A stretch of DNA of 63,970 nt, filler included, from Saprolegnia diclina VS20 (GCF_000281045.1; 5 parts of 3 records of this genome joined end to end with filler, not necessarily neighbours in it), one strand, 5' to 3'; shown: positions 34,510 to 53,926, counted from the whole stretch's first letter. Made by a program: numbers and translations. Notes: generated by a model not told the origin, from the letters alone.

Positions 34510-36560
34510 ATGGCAGCGCGGTGGCAAGTAGTCGTCCAGGCGCTGGAAGCAGCCTTACAGCCAGCGTACACCGGCGTTGGAATGATACGTGTGTGATGCA
34601 TTTGCCACTAGGGGCCTTGATCTCGTCGCGCCATTAAGCATCGGCGTGTACAACGCGGCCGTGCCAGAGGCCTACAAGATCCCATTGCCCGAGACAGGGC
34701 TCCTCGTCATGGTGGGCAACACGAAGCGGCTCTGGGAGCCGTTCCTTGCGTCTATCAACCTTGATTGCCTTCCGGAGCATCCGCTCAACGAGTATGCCAT
34801 GCGAGTTGTGACACAAGCCGTCTCGACCCTCGACGATGTTCCGGACAAGGTACATGAAGTCTGTTGAGATCACCACTACTACTGCAGCAGGCGTATTGGG
34901 TGCACGAGACTGAACCGGGAAAGATGATTGCGGCCCAACGCATGATCGTCGCGTCCGGCCTTGCGAATTTGTCCGAGGTGAGTCGCCGTCGACAACACAG
35001 AATGTGCATATCGTGTATGTAGGAGCTCCACTTGACCGTGCACCCGACGTTCGGACCATGGTACGCACAGCGCGCTGTTGTCGCCTTCGGAAGCGTGCTT
35101 GGGCCTACGCAACCTGTGTTTGCTGCCACACCCCTGGACATTGCCCCCGAGGTGCGCGCCGCCATGAAGGCGCAGCTCGACGAAGCGCTCTCGCTCTCGC
35201 AACTGCCGACGCCCATGAACTGGACGCTGTGGCTGCGTCCGCGCATAACGTTCGACCCGAAGCACGCGTTTATGTACTCGTCGGTGCAAACCATGTTTCA
35301 CTACTCGAAATCCGTCGACGACCGCCGACGGATCTTGCGTGCCGCCAAGCTCGGCTGGCCCCTCGACAACATTCTCGATACGCCGTCCCCGTCCGTCCTC
35401 GCTTGCCGACACTTGCTCCAAGGCGTGCTTGCAGAAACGGCGGCGAAGGCTCCGCAGGCCATTTTGCTCAGCGGCGGGCTGGACACCTCGATTCTGGCAC
35501 AAGCCACGCCTGCGTCCTTCGAGGATGTGTGTGCAACATCGCAACCCGGACCGCCAATTCTCTCGATGCTGCGCGGAGGTATCACGGTGCGTGCCGCCCC
35601 GGAGGCGCAAGACGCAGTGTACGCGGCGCGCATCTGCGAGAATCTTGGACACGTGACGCACCACTGCTTGGAAGAGTCGATCGAGAACCTGATCTCGCAC
35701 GCGAGAAGCGTCAGCTGCCTCCTCGTCTCGTTCGACCCAATGGAACTTCGCAACTCGATCGTAATTTACCGCTCGCTGCTTGAAGCCAAAGCCCGCGGGT
35801 ATACTTGCGTCGTGACTGGCGACGGTGCTGACGAAGTCTTTGCAGGTCGTTCCCTACTTGACTCGAAACATGTATCGACAAGCATGTAGGCTACTCGTTC
35901 TTCCAGGGCATGGACGTCGAGAAACTCGCAACTTACCGCGTCTGGATCGCTCGCATTATGCGCTTCTCGTCGAAAACGCTCGCAGCGTCAATGGGCATCG
36001 ACATCCTGAGCCCTTTCTTGGACCCGCGGGTTATTGCCTTTGCTCTGGAGCGGCCGCGCGACGAGCTCATTGGCGACAAGACGCCAGTGCCCGACGGCAA
36101 CGTCCACGGGAAGCGGCTCTTGCGGCAGGCGTTCCCGGAAGCAACGTCGCAGTGGCGCGCGAAGGAACCCATCGAGCAAGGAGCAGGGACGACCCAGCTC
36201 CGGAAGGGCTACTTTGACGCGTACCCGCCCGACATGTCGTTTGACGATGCGGCAGCCGCATGCTACGCCCAGCACCACATCGTCATCCGCGACCGCGAGC
36301 ACTTGTACTTTTTCCGGCAGTTTCTCGACGCGTTCGACGGCGACTTGCGCAACGTGCCGCTCTCCCGTGGTGACGCAGATGGCTGCCCGGCCTGCAAGTT
36401 TGAGCTAGTCTCAAGCGACAATGACTTTTGCACCACCTGTGGTTTTTGGCCCGCGCGCACGACAGATGCGAACAAGGCGATGGCTCAGCGCGCGCTCCTC
36501 GATCTTGCGTCGCGTATCCAAACGCTCCAAGCGCACCACTCCGTCGATGCGTCGGCCTGA
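34510..36560 (+). CDS. CblC/MMACHC-like domain fused to an asparagine-synthetase-like PP-loop domain and a zinc ribbon
   Basis: N-terminal part: 'GLDLVAPLSIGVYN', 'VGNTKRLWEPF', 'HPLNEY', 'AQRMIVASGLA', 'VHPTFGPWYAQRAVV'. The same exon continues into 'LLSGGLDTS' and 'VTGDGADEVFAGY'; then 'SPFLD', 'GKRLLRQAF', 'WRAKEPIEQGAG' and CPAC..CTTC. Confidence 0.85.
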
Positions 36561-36650
36561 TGATGTGCACGCAGAGGCACTGAAATGCACGCTACTTTGA
36601 CGTGTATTCTTTGAAAAATGTTCTGGGACAACAAAATGCTAGCGAGTTGT

Positions 36651-38144
36651 TCACATGGGGTCGTCACATTGCCTGTTCTTGGACACCGGCTGCGTGGGCG
36701 GTGCGTAAAACGTTGTTGCATCGACCATGAGCACGCCGACATGCCGCGCGTACGCAGCAACGTCCGTGTCAGCTGCGTCGCTCATCCCATCGGCGGCGTC
36801 CATTTCCAAAAGCACGTCGCGACACTGGCTGGGCGCCGATATGAGATGCTTCCTTTCTCGCTTGGCCAGATTTGTTTCGCGCAGCCGTAGCGAAAACCGA
36901 GACGAGTTGCGCACGCAAGGCAGCGCACGGACAAACTCGAGGGCTTGGTCAGACTGCAAATCGCCTGCAATGGTCAGTTGAGCCCCGCGTCGACTCGTCC
37001 ACGCAGGCAACGCAGCCGCTATCGCCGCTACGCACGGCGGTGGGATCGAGGTATACTTGAATTGAACGTCTTCTAGCACTTCAGACGTCTTGAAGATCTC
37101 GACGACAGTTGCCAGTGCATCGCCCGAGAGCGAGCAGCCAACCAAGTGGAGACTGCGCAGACTTGAGACCTTGATGCCCGGCAACACTTTCAGAACGCCG
37201 CAGCGGAGGATGAGATTCGCCAAAGTCGGCAATTGAAGCGCATTGCACACAAGAGCTGTCACGTCGCGCGGCACGTTCAAATCGAGCTTGAGGGTCGAAA
37301 GTTGTGACGCTGCAACTTTGGCACCCCAGGCCGCCACCTCGGCAGTTGACCACGAGGCCAAGTGCAGCGCTAGCGACGTCAACTGCGGCGGCAGTGGCGG
37401 CGCAGTTGCGTCAGAAAGCGCAGTGGCGAGCTGTGAATGGCCACTCCATGACGTCGGTTTGTCGTACAGCACCAGAGACTTGAGCGTCGTCGAATGACTG
37501 AGGACACCCGCGAGTGCTCTCGCCGCAGGCCGTTCAAAGTCAATTTTATCAAAAGTGAGCGACTGAACTGGGGATGATGCGAGCCACATGCAGACGCTGC
37601 CGCTCGAATTCAGCGTTCTCGTTCGTTTCTTGATTGTCGTGAGCGTGAACGACTGGAGGAACCACCAGGACGACGTGGCTGTGGCCATAATCGCGTCAAG
37701 TTGGTCTTGCGTCAGCTTGGAATGTACGACGTGCACGCTGTGGACATTGATACACTCTGCGATACCGGCGAGAAGCTTTTCTGTCTTGGCTAATGACGAT
37801 GGCAGCGAGATCTGGAGCGACGTGACAGTACAGGGCCAGAATTCTAGCACCGCGCTGCCCGCCCAGCGCGGAATCCAGTCGACGGCCACAGTGACAGGCC
37901 ACGGTGTTGTCGGTTGTACGAGCTGGAGCTCGATTGTCGTGTCGACGACAACAGATTCGATTGCGATGACGCGCAAGAGCTCGCTCGGGTTCGCCGTCGC
38001 CTGGATGCGCGCGTAGAGAATGCCAAAGACGTCGTGTCTCGTGGTTGGAGGAAGCGCGTCGAGGAACGTGATGGCGTCCGAGACGCAGAAGCCGGCGAAA
38101 CAAGCGATGTCGTAGACCACGGCAGGCTGAAGCCATGCGTGCAT
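36651..38144 (-). CDS. RNI-like/leucine-rich repeat hypothetical protein (lineage-expanded type)
   Basis: Intronless ORF with repeated 'LxSLxL' segments; N-terminus 'VVYDIACFAG..DAITFLDALP'. Confidence 0.65.
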   Translation of the reverse strand: MHAWLQPAVVYDIACFAGFCVSDAITFLDALPPTTRHDVFGILYARIQATANPSELLRVIAIESVVVDTTIELQLVQPTTPWPVTVAVDWIPRWAGSAVLEFWPCTVTSLQISLPSSLAKTEKLLAGIAECINVHSVHVVHSKLTQDQLDAIMATATSSWWFLQSFTLTTIKKRTRTLNSSGSVCMWLASSPVQSLTFDKIDFERPAARALAGVLSHSTTLKSLVLYDKPTSWSGHSQLATALSDATAPPLPPQLTSLALHLASWSTAEVAAWGAKVAASQLSTLKLDLNVPRDVTALVCNALQLPTLANLILRCGVLKVLPGIKVSSLRSLHLVGCSLSGDALATVVEIFKTSEVLEDVQFKYTSIPPPCVAAIAAALPAWTSRRGAQLTIAGDLQSDQALEFVRALPCVRNSSRFSLRLRETNLAKRERKHLISAPSQCRDVLLEMDAADGMSDAADTDVAAYARHVGVLMVDATTFYAPPTQPVSKNRQCDDPM

Positions 38145-38530
38145 CGCCGTCGTTTTGTTTTGGTGATTGTGAGAATTGATTTGATTTGCTGCCGAACTTA
38201 CGGTCCACCAATCAGATGTCGCGAAGGCAACTTGATAGTTATGAATCAAGCCAAACGCTTGGCGATGATCGCCTCGTCTGCACCCAAATCGCGTGGGTAG
38301 CGTATCGACTGTATTGACGCTGAAGTTTCTTTGACGGTAGGTAAACACTTCTGCAAAGCGGCAGAATAAGACAAAAGACGGTCGAGCAACAGTTCATTGC
38401 TGTTGCTGCCCTCAACGCTGCAACCATGCATTTATCTTTGCTGTCTGTAGAGTAACTTGCGTCATTTCGAAGAGTTTGTCAGTCAATCACACGATTAATA
38501 GTGCTCACTTACCCTTCAACCTGCTGCCCT

Positions 38531-39117
38531 TCAATCTGCATCAGTGAAAGCGATTGCAAGCGTTTCCAGCGCCTCGGTTACCGTTAACAGCTCTGCGAGG
38601 CCGATCATGGCGCTATTGGTGAAAGAACCATCGCAAAGGCGGAGGTGCTGCAGACGACACGCCGTTGGNNNNNNNNNNNNNNNNNNNNNNNNNNNNNNNN
38701 NNNNNNNNNNNNNNNNNNNNNNNNNNNNNNNNNNNNNNNNNNNNNNNNNNNNNNNNNNNNNNNNNNNNTTAATAGTGCTCACTTACCCTTCAACCTGCTG
38801 CCCTTCAATCTGCATTAGTGAAAATATTTTTCGGTCTTAACCCTATTGGAGGTCGTTTAAACAAGCAATGTAACGCGCTTCCTGGATTCATGTGCAGACT
38901 CTAGGATGTGCAGGCTCGCCAATGACATGGCGTTCCGGCTCAGATCGATTGTTGCTGGCGATTGCAGCTGAAAGGTCGAGAGCACTGAAGCCAGCACGTG
39001 AGCGCTCTCTTCATCAAATCGCCTCAAAGTAAGTGCGAGACGACGCCGTCCTTGCGCCATCCAGACCGGCACTGCTTGTACAGTACGCGCACTAAAGATA
39101 GGCCACCTGGGGTTCAC
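38531..39117 (-). pseudogene. fragments of a second RNI-like LRR gene around a gap
   Basis: 'CRLQHLRLCDGSFTNSAMIGLAELL' and 'AVPVWMAQGRRRLALTL...TIDLSRNAM' resemble the neighbouring gene. A 55-bp duplicate lies at 38495-38549 and 38769-38823. Confidence 0.45.
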
Positions 39118-39821
39118 ACACTTCTAGCTGTCTAAAGTGGTAATGGATAGTTGTCAATCGTGTCATAATACTTGTTCATTGATATGCCAAGTTTTCATGC
39201 ACGTAGGATACGATTTGAGGTCAAAAATGAAAAAAAAACATGCGATTTTTTCGAATTTTGGTGAAATAAAGATAGGCCACTTGGATATTTTGNNNNNNNN
39301 NNNNNNNNNNNNNNNNNNNNNNNNNNNNNNNNNNNNTTAATTAATTAANNNNNNNNNNNNNNNNNNNNNNNNNNNNNNNNNNNNNNNNNNNNCTTGAAGT
39401 GTGTTGTTGACGAAGCGTGAAGTACGGGCGATCGGCACTGTGTGAAGAGGATACCGTCGACGAGGACGACTTGGACAGCTGCAGCGCCCACACCATCGAA
39501 GGTGGTCGGTCTTCCTTGGCCTCCGTGTACTTGCCCCATATGCAATATTGCAATATTGTAAAGCTTGCGACTCAGGCGATCGCCGATTGAGATCTGGCGG
39601 ATCGAATCGGCAAATCAATGCCGGTGCCCGATTGGTTGTTTGTATCGACCATAGCCAATCAGAGAGGTCGGTGCACGCTGCATTGACACGGCTTTTGTCC
39701 GGATATTACTATGCGGATGGTATTTGATTGGTTAAAACCAGGTGCAAAATCACCCAATGGCGCGACGAATAAAAACGCCACGCTGGCGTCGTCGCCCCAT
39801 CTCCAAATCCGTAAATCCAGG

Positions 39822-42056
39822 ATGCTGATTCTGCCGACGCTGGATGCGTTCACCGTGCGGGCCATGGTCCCCGGCGTGCTCGAGACGCCGGTCGCCTTGA
39901 CGCTGCGCCCGGACTGGACGGTCGCGCTGGCCGTCGAGGCCCTCGAGATGCAGCTGCTGGCGACGCGCGGCCTCGCGATGCGCGTCGTCTTTGTCTTCAA
40001 CGACACGCGGGCGCCCGAGCGCATGATCCCGTTCCACGAGACGATCGCCAACCACTTTGGCGCCGACGACGGCTTCTACGCCTTTGGCGAGGTGTACACG
40101 CCGTCGACCACGCGCGGCGCCGCGCCGGACGAGACCTCGGCCAAGGCCAAGGTACCCGTCGTCATCATGACGGGGTTCCTCGGTGCGGGCAAGACGTCGC
40201 TGCTCAACAACCTCCTCTTCCAGCAGCGCACGCTCAAGATCGCGGTCATCGAGAACGAGTTTGGCGAGGTCGCGATCGACAACGACCTCCTCGCGTCGCA
40301 CGCGCTCTCGGTCGCCGACCAGCTCATCGTGCTCGAGAACGGCTGCATGTGCTGCACCGTGCGCGGCGACATCCTCGGCGCGTTCGCTTCGATCCGCGAC
40401 AAGGTCGTCAATGAGAATGCGCATTTGGACATGGTGCTCATCGAGACGACCGGCATGGCCGACCCGCTCCCGATCGTGCGCACGATCACCAACACGCCGG
40501 CGATCACCGAAGCGTTTGGCATGAAGGGCATTGTGACGGTCGTGGACGCGTGCAACATTGGCCAGCTCCTCGAGGAAGAGAACCCGGAAGCGCTGTCGCA
40601 GATCCTCCTCGCTGACCTCATCGTCGTCTCCAAGACCGACCTGGTCCACACGCGGGCCGAGCTCCTCTCGCTGTTTGAGACGCTGCGCGAGATGAACCCG
40701 AGCGCGCGCATCCGGCCGTGCGTGCGTGGCAACATGCCATTTGATGTGTTTTACCAGCTCACGTCGTTCGACTTGCAAAAGATGGCCCTTGACGAAAGCA
40801 ACGAGATGGACGCGGCGGGCCACGAGCACTGCGATGAGCACTGCGACCACGACCACGACCACTGCGACCATGAGCACGACCACGACCACGCGATCGCGCC
40901 GGCACCGAAACAGTCGCGCCACGGGGCCAAGACGTCGTCGTTTGCGATCGTCTTGGACGACCACGCGGTTGACATGTTCCTCTTTGCCCAGTGGATGCGG
41001 CGGTTGGTGTTGCCGGTCAAGGACGGCGACGCGGCCAAGCAGCGCCTGTACCGTTGCAAGGCCATCTTGTCGGTCGAAGGCGTCGAGAACAAGCTCGTGT
41101 TCCACGCGGTCGGCGACGTCGTTGAGCGCGAGTGGCTGCCCGTCCCCAAGGCGCACGGATGCAAGGTCGTCTTTATCGGCCGCCACCTCATGGAAGAGAG
41201 CCTCCGCGCGCAGTTTATGGCGATCGTCTACAAGCCGTCGCGCCGCCTGCAAGTGGCCGTGGCCGCCCGGGGCTTGGAAGGACTCTCGGTGCCGCTGCTG
41301 CGCCGACTCGGGCGCTTCTTGACTTCAGACGATGTGCTGCGCATCGCGCAGACGAGCCGGGCGCTGCACGCGGCGTGGGCGTACACGGGGCAGCCGTATG
41401 GTGGTGCGAGCGACTTGACTGCGTTCCAGGACCTCAAGCGCTTTTACGTGCATCCGTTTGTGCCGGTGCCGGCGCTGCCGTCGTTTTTGCGGGCGTGGAA
41501 GCGGGCGGCCGTCGACGTGGTGGGGATGTCGACGGTCAAATACCGGTCGCCGGCGCACGTGGACGCCGCGGCCGTCGCGTACCTCGAGCTCGCGCGCCTG
41601 GCGGAAGCGTCGAGCCGCAACTTTCTCATGGACTTTACGTGGCGCGAAGAGACGTTAAACACGTTTTTTGCGACGCCGACCGCGACCACGAGCTCGACGC
41701 TGATTAAAACCGAGTACGAGTACGAAGACGAAGACGAGTTTGACCCGATCTGCGACGTCATTCGCTTCCGACTATATCTCGTGCCGGACGCGACCGGCCA
41801 CCGCCTCGAGATTCAGATTGTGGGCGGGAAGACGTCGTCGCAGATCTACCAAGTGTCGTTCCACTCGATCCACCCGAATTTCCAGGTCCACGTTGCGATT
41901 CCCGACCACCGCATGCCCCGCGTCGCGACAAAAGAGGTCTTTTACCCCGGCCACCCGTTCTTGCATGCGCTCAAGACAGAGCGCTCGCTGCGCTTCGTCG
42001 TGCGCGTCAAGCCCGACGGCAGCGGCCCCCTCGGCGAAATGTGCGGTTGTTGCTAG
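39822..42056 (+). CDS. COG0523/CobW (ZNG1-family) metal-binding GTPase with N-terminal extension, His/Cys-rich insert, F-box-like segment and C-terminal CGCC
   Basis: GFLGAGKT, ENEFG, GCMCC, IETTG, SKTD, HEHCDEHCDHDHDHCDHEHDHDH, CobW_C 'YRCKAIL..VVFIGRHL'; intronless. Confidence 0.9.
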   Translation: MLILPTLDAFTVRAMVPGVLETPVALTLRPDWTVALAVEALEMQLLATRGLAMRVVFVFNDTRAPERMIPFHETIANHFGADDGFYAFGEVYTPSTTRGAAPDETSAKAKVPVVIMTGFLGAGKTSLLNNLLFQQRTLKIAVIENEFGEVAIDNDLLASHALSVADQLIVLENGCMCCTVRGDILGAFASIRDKVVNENAHLDMVLIETTGMADPLPIVRTITNTPAITEAFGMKGIVTVVDACNIGQLLEEENPEALSQILLADLIVVSKTDLVHTRAELLSLFETLREMNPSARIRPCVRGNMPFDVFYQLTSFDLQKMALDESNEMDAAGHEHCDEHCDHDHDHCDHEHDHDHAIAPAPKQSRHGAKTSSFAIVLDDHAVDMFLFAQWMRRLVLPVKDGDAAKQRLYRCKAILSVEGVENKLVFHAVGDVVEREWLPVPKAHGCKVVFIGRHLMEESLRAQFMAIVYKPSRRLQVAVAARGLEGLSVPLLRRLGRFLTSDDVLRIAQTSRALHAAWAYTGQPYGGASDLTAFQDLKRFYVHPFVPVPALPSFLRAWKRAAVDVVGMSTVKYRSPAHVDAAAVAYLELARLAEASSRNFLMDFTWREETLNTFFATPTATTSSTLIKTEYEYEDEDEFDPICDVIRFRLYLVPDATGHRLEIQIVGGKTSSQIYQVSFHSIHPNFQVHVAIPDHRMPRVATKEVFYPGHPFLHALKTERSLRFVVRVKPDGSGPLGEMCGCC

Positions 42057-42598
42057 TTGGCAGTGAAACCGATATGTCTACATACACGTTTATGTCTACA
42101 TATGTACGTCTCCTCTATCCGCACTTCTTGCGGCTAGGTGCACAGTGCATAAGGTTCATCCAACGTGCTGTTGTTTCAGTGAGCAAATGCCATATCGTCC
42201 TTGCTCGAGGCTGGAATGCATGGCTCAGTCAGTTAGAAGGAGCGTACTAGTACGGCCCACTTGCCGCGCTGTTCTGGGCCACGTTAATCCTGGCGGTGCT
42301 CTCATGCACCGAGTGCACAAGCATTATTTTTCTACTTCTAATGGTTTACATGTAAACTACATACTAGTATCGCTCTTGGAGAATGGTTGTTGTGGAAGGA
42401 GTTGTAGCAACTAGTTTGTTGCATCGAGTCTCCAATAACCGTCGCGAAACCGAACGGTTATGGCTTGTGTCTTCGATTCATTTATCTTCGAACTTTGTGG
42501 GGGGTGGGTGTCTGTAAAATGCATTTTCGGGGGACCACCCCTGCGGTGCGTCGTCGTTGGCCAGTGATAATATTACATTGGCAAAGTCCGAGACGACG

Positions 42599-43729
42599 AT
42601 GAGCGACGTGAGCAACAGCGTGTGCGCAAGCCCTGGCTGCGGCAAGCCGGCCAAGATGGCCTGCCCGACGTGCAAGAAGCTGGGCGTCCCGGCCAACATC
42701 TCGAGCTTCTGCTCGCAGGAGTGCTTCAAGAGCTACTGGCCGCAGCACAAGGGCTTCCACAAGATCTTTACGCAGTCGCAGACCACCGACAAGTTCTTTG
42801 GCTACCAGTTCACGGGCGACATCCGCCCGGGCACCGTCACGCCCATGAAGACCGTGCCGGACCACATCCAAAAGCCCGACTACGCCGTCAGCGGAATCCC
42901 GGTCTCGGAGCAGGCGGCTGACCGCAGCAACAAGATTCCCGTCTACTCGGCCGACGAGATTGCGGGCATCCGCGAAGCCTGCCGCATTGGCCGCGAGGTG
43001 CTCGACATTGCGGGTCGCTCGATTCGCATTGGCATGACGACCAACGAGATCGATGAGATCGTCCACGCCGCCTGTATGGAGCGCGAGGTGTACCCGTCGC
43101 CGCTCAACTATTACCATTTCCCCAAGTCGGTCTGCACGTCGGTCAACGAAGTCATTTGCCACGGAATCCCCGACAGCCGCCCGCTCCAGGATGGTGACAT
43201 TCTCAACATTGACGTGACAGTCTACAAGAACGGCTACCACGGTGATCTCAACGACACGTTCTTGGTCGGCAACGTCGACGAAGAGGGCGTCCGCCTCGTC
43301 AAGAACTCGTTCGACTGCCTCGCCGCCGCCGTGGCAATGGTCAAGCCCGGCACCATGTACCGCGACCTCGGCAAGGCAATTGCGCTCGTCGCGGAAGCCG
43401 AGGGCTTCTCGGTCGTCAAGACGTACTGCGGCCACGGCATCGGGTCGCTCTTCCACACGGCGCCCAACGTGCCGCATTACGCCAAGAACAAGGCGGTGGG
43501 CATCATGCGCCCAGGCCACATCTTTACGATCGAGCCGATGATCAACGTCGGGTCGTGGCGCGACGGCCGGTGGCCGGATGACTGGACGGCCGTCACGACC
43601 GACGGCAAGCGCTCGGCGCAGTTTGAGCACACGATCCTCGTGACCGAAACGGGCTACGAGCTCCTCACGGCCCGCCAGGACGAGCCCGTCATGACGTGGG
43701 ACCTCGCCAAGGTCCAGCGCGGCTTGTAA
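42599..43729 (+). CDS. METAP1: methionine aminopeptidase 1 with N-terminal zf-C6H2
   Basis: 'CASPGCGKPAKMACPTC..FCSQECFKSYWPQHKGFH', 'CTSVNEVICHGIPD', 'GYHGDLN', 'YCGHGIG', 'FTIEPMIN' and 'SAQFEHT'. Confidence 0.97.
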   Translation: MSDVSNSVCASPGCGKPAKMACPTCKKLGVPANISSFCSQECFKSYWPQHKGFHKIFTQSQTTDKFFGYQFTGDIRPGTVTPMKTVPDHIQKPDYAVSGIPVSEQAADRSNKIPVYSADEIAGIREACRIGREVLDIAGRSIRIGMTTNEIDEIVHAACMEREVYPSPLNYYHFPKSVCTSVNEVICHGIPDSRPLQDGDILNIDVTVYKNGYHGDLNDTFLVGNVDEEGVRLVKNSFDCLAAAVAMVKPGTMYRDLGKAIALVAEAEGFSVVKTYCGHGIGSLFHTAPNVPHYAKNKAVGIMRPGHIFTIEPMINVGSWRDGRWPDDWTAVTTDGKRSAQFEHTILVTETGYELLTARQDEPVMTWDLAKVQRGL

Positions 43730-44085
43730 ACACTGCGGAATAAACACAGTGTTTGTTTTGCATGGATGCATCGCCCAGCACTGGGCAACGATGGTAGACC
43801 GTCGTCCTGGTAGATCTGGTGAGATCATGGATGTCTCAAGTCGACAAGTTGCGGCGCAGATGGACGCGATGCGTCGAGAGCAGTTGAAGGCAAGGTCATG
43901 CAGCGTTGAGCCTTGTCCCCCGAACCCTCCGCTCTACGTCGGCTACGAGGTTGCCACGAGAAGCGTTCCTCGTTCATTAATCCACTCCAGCAGCGTTGCT
44001 CGAGGTTGACATATCAAAGCAATGTCTTGTTGGCAGGAAGCTTGTTTCATGTATCATGCAGAAGCAGCGAGTGCTCGCAGAGGTC

Positions 44086-52875
<8,790 letters not shown>

Positions 52876-53234
52876 GATGACCTTTCGTCGCTTGCAAGAT
52901 TTGGGGTTTGCGATCCTGGAACGAGTATGCAGTATCACAGGTTTTCGAGAAAGCCTGTGAAAATTCATATTTCGTCCACCAAGGCGTCCCAGCGTAGACT
53001 TCGCACAGGTCGACGTAAAGACATACTAGTATGGACAATGTGTCTTTCACTGCATTCGACAGGATCCCGCTCGAATCAAACAGCATCCATTCCGAGGTGA
53101 CGCTATAGTGTACTGCCGAACTCCGGTCCTTGCTTGATACACTGATACTTTTTTGTCGAGCATTACTCAAATGGCAATTGCATTGTGTATTAATAGTCGA
53201 TGGACGGATAGTTTAGTCTGTGGCGGATAGTTTA

Positions 53235-53926
53235 TTATCTCGCCAGATACGGCGCGATAAAATCTTTGGCTTTGGACACGCGAGCGTAGACAAATGGCGT
53301 GTCTCTGTGTCCACACTCGTAGCCCCAGCTCACGACACCAACGACAACGTCTTCGCCGTTTTGCGCAATCGTCAGCGGACCGCCCGAGTCGCCTTGACAT
53401 ACGTCTTGGTCTTGGACGCCACCAGCACATACGTTGGAGCTGCGAATGTGAGGGTACGTGCCCTTGCTCGCCGCTTGGATGGCCGCGTTGCACTTGTCGT
53501 TGTCCCAGATCTTGACGTCGACTTGCTTGAGAACGAGCGACGGGGGCCCGAGGACGCCGTTCATGATGCGACCCCACCCACGCACTGTGCCGACGGTGCC
53601 CACGGGGCTGTCGTCGAACGAAACTCGGATCGGCTTGATCGTCGACGGCGTCTCAAGCTCGAGAATTGCAAAGTCAAAGAACGGTGCGTCAAAGAGCTCG
53701 ACGTACTCGGGGTGCATGATCTTGCGCTTGATGCGAATGCGCTCGCCGTCGAGGCCGCCAATGTTGTAGCGCGTGCCGACCGCGACGTAGTTGATCGAGT
53801 CGTCGACGCAGTGGCCCGCCGTGAGAACATAGGTGGGCGCAATGAGCGCGGCACCGCAGATCGAGAGACCCCAAGAGCTCTTGCGCACGCCCGCCATAAA
53901 CAAATCGTCGCCACGCGGAACGGTGC
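53235..53926 (-). CDS. trypsin-like S1A serine protease, 5' end lost in gap
   Basis: LTAGHC, DFAIL, CQGDSGGP and VVSWG; the catalytic triad is intact. Confidence 0.92.

Noticed and set aside
38495..38823. 55-bp direct repeat as LTR or TSD
   Set aside because: It abuts an N gap inside LRR-family fragments, so a collapsed paralogue or scaffolding overlap is more likely.
53235..53926. Glucanase inhibitor protein (inactive trypsin homologue)
   Set aside because: The His, Asp and Ser triad motifs are intact, so it is an ordinary active protease.
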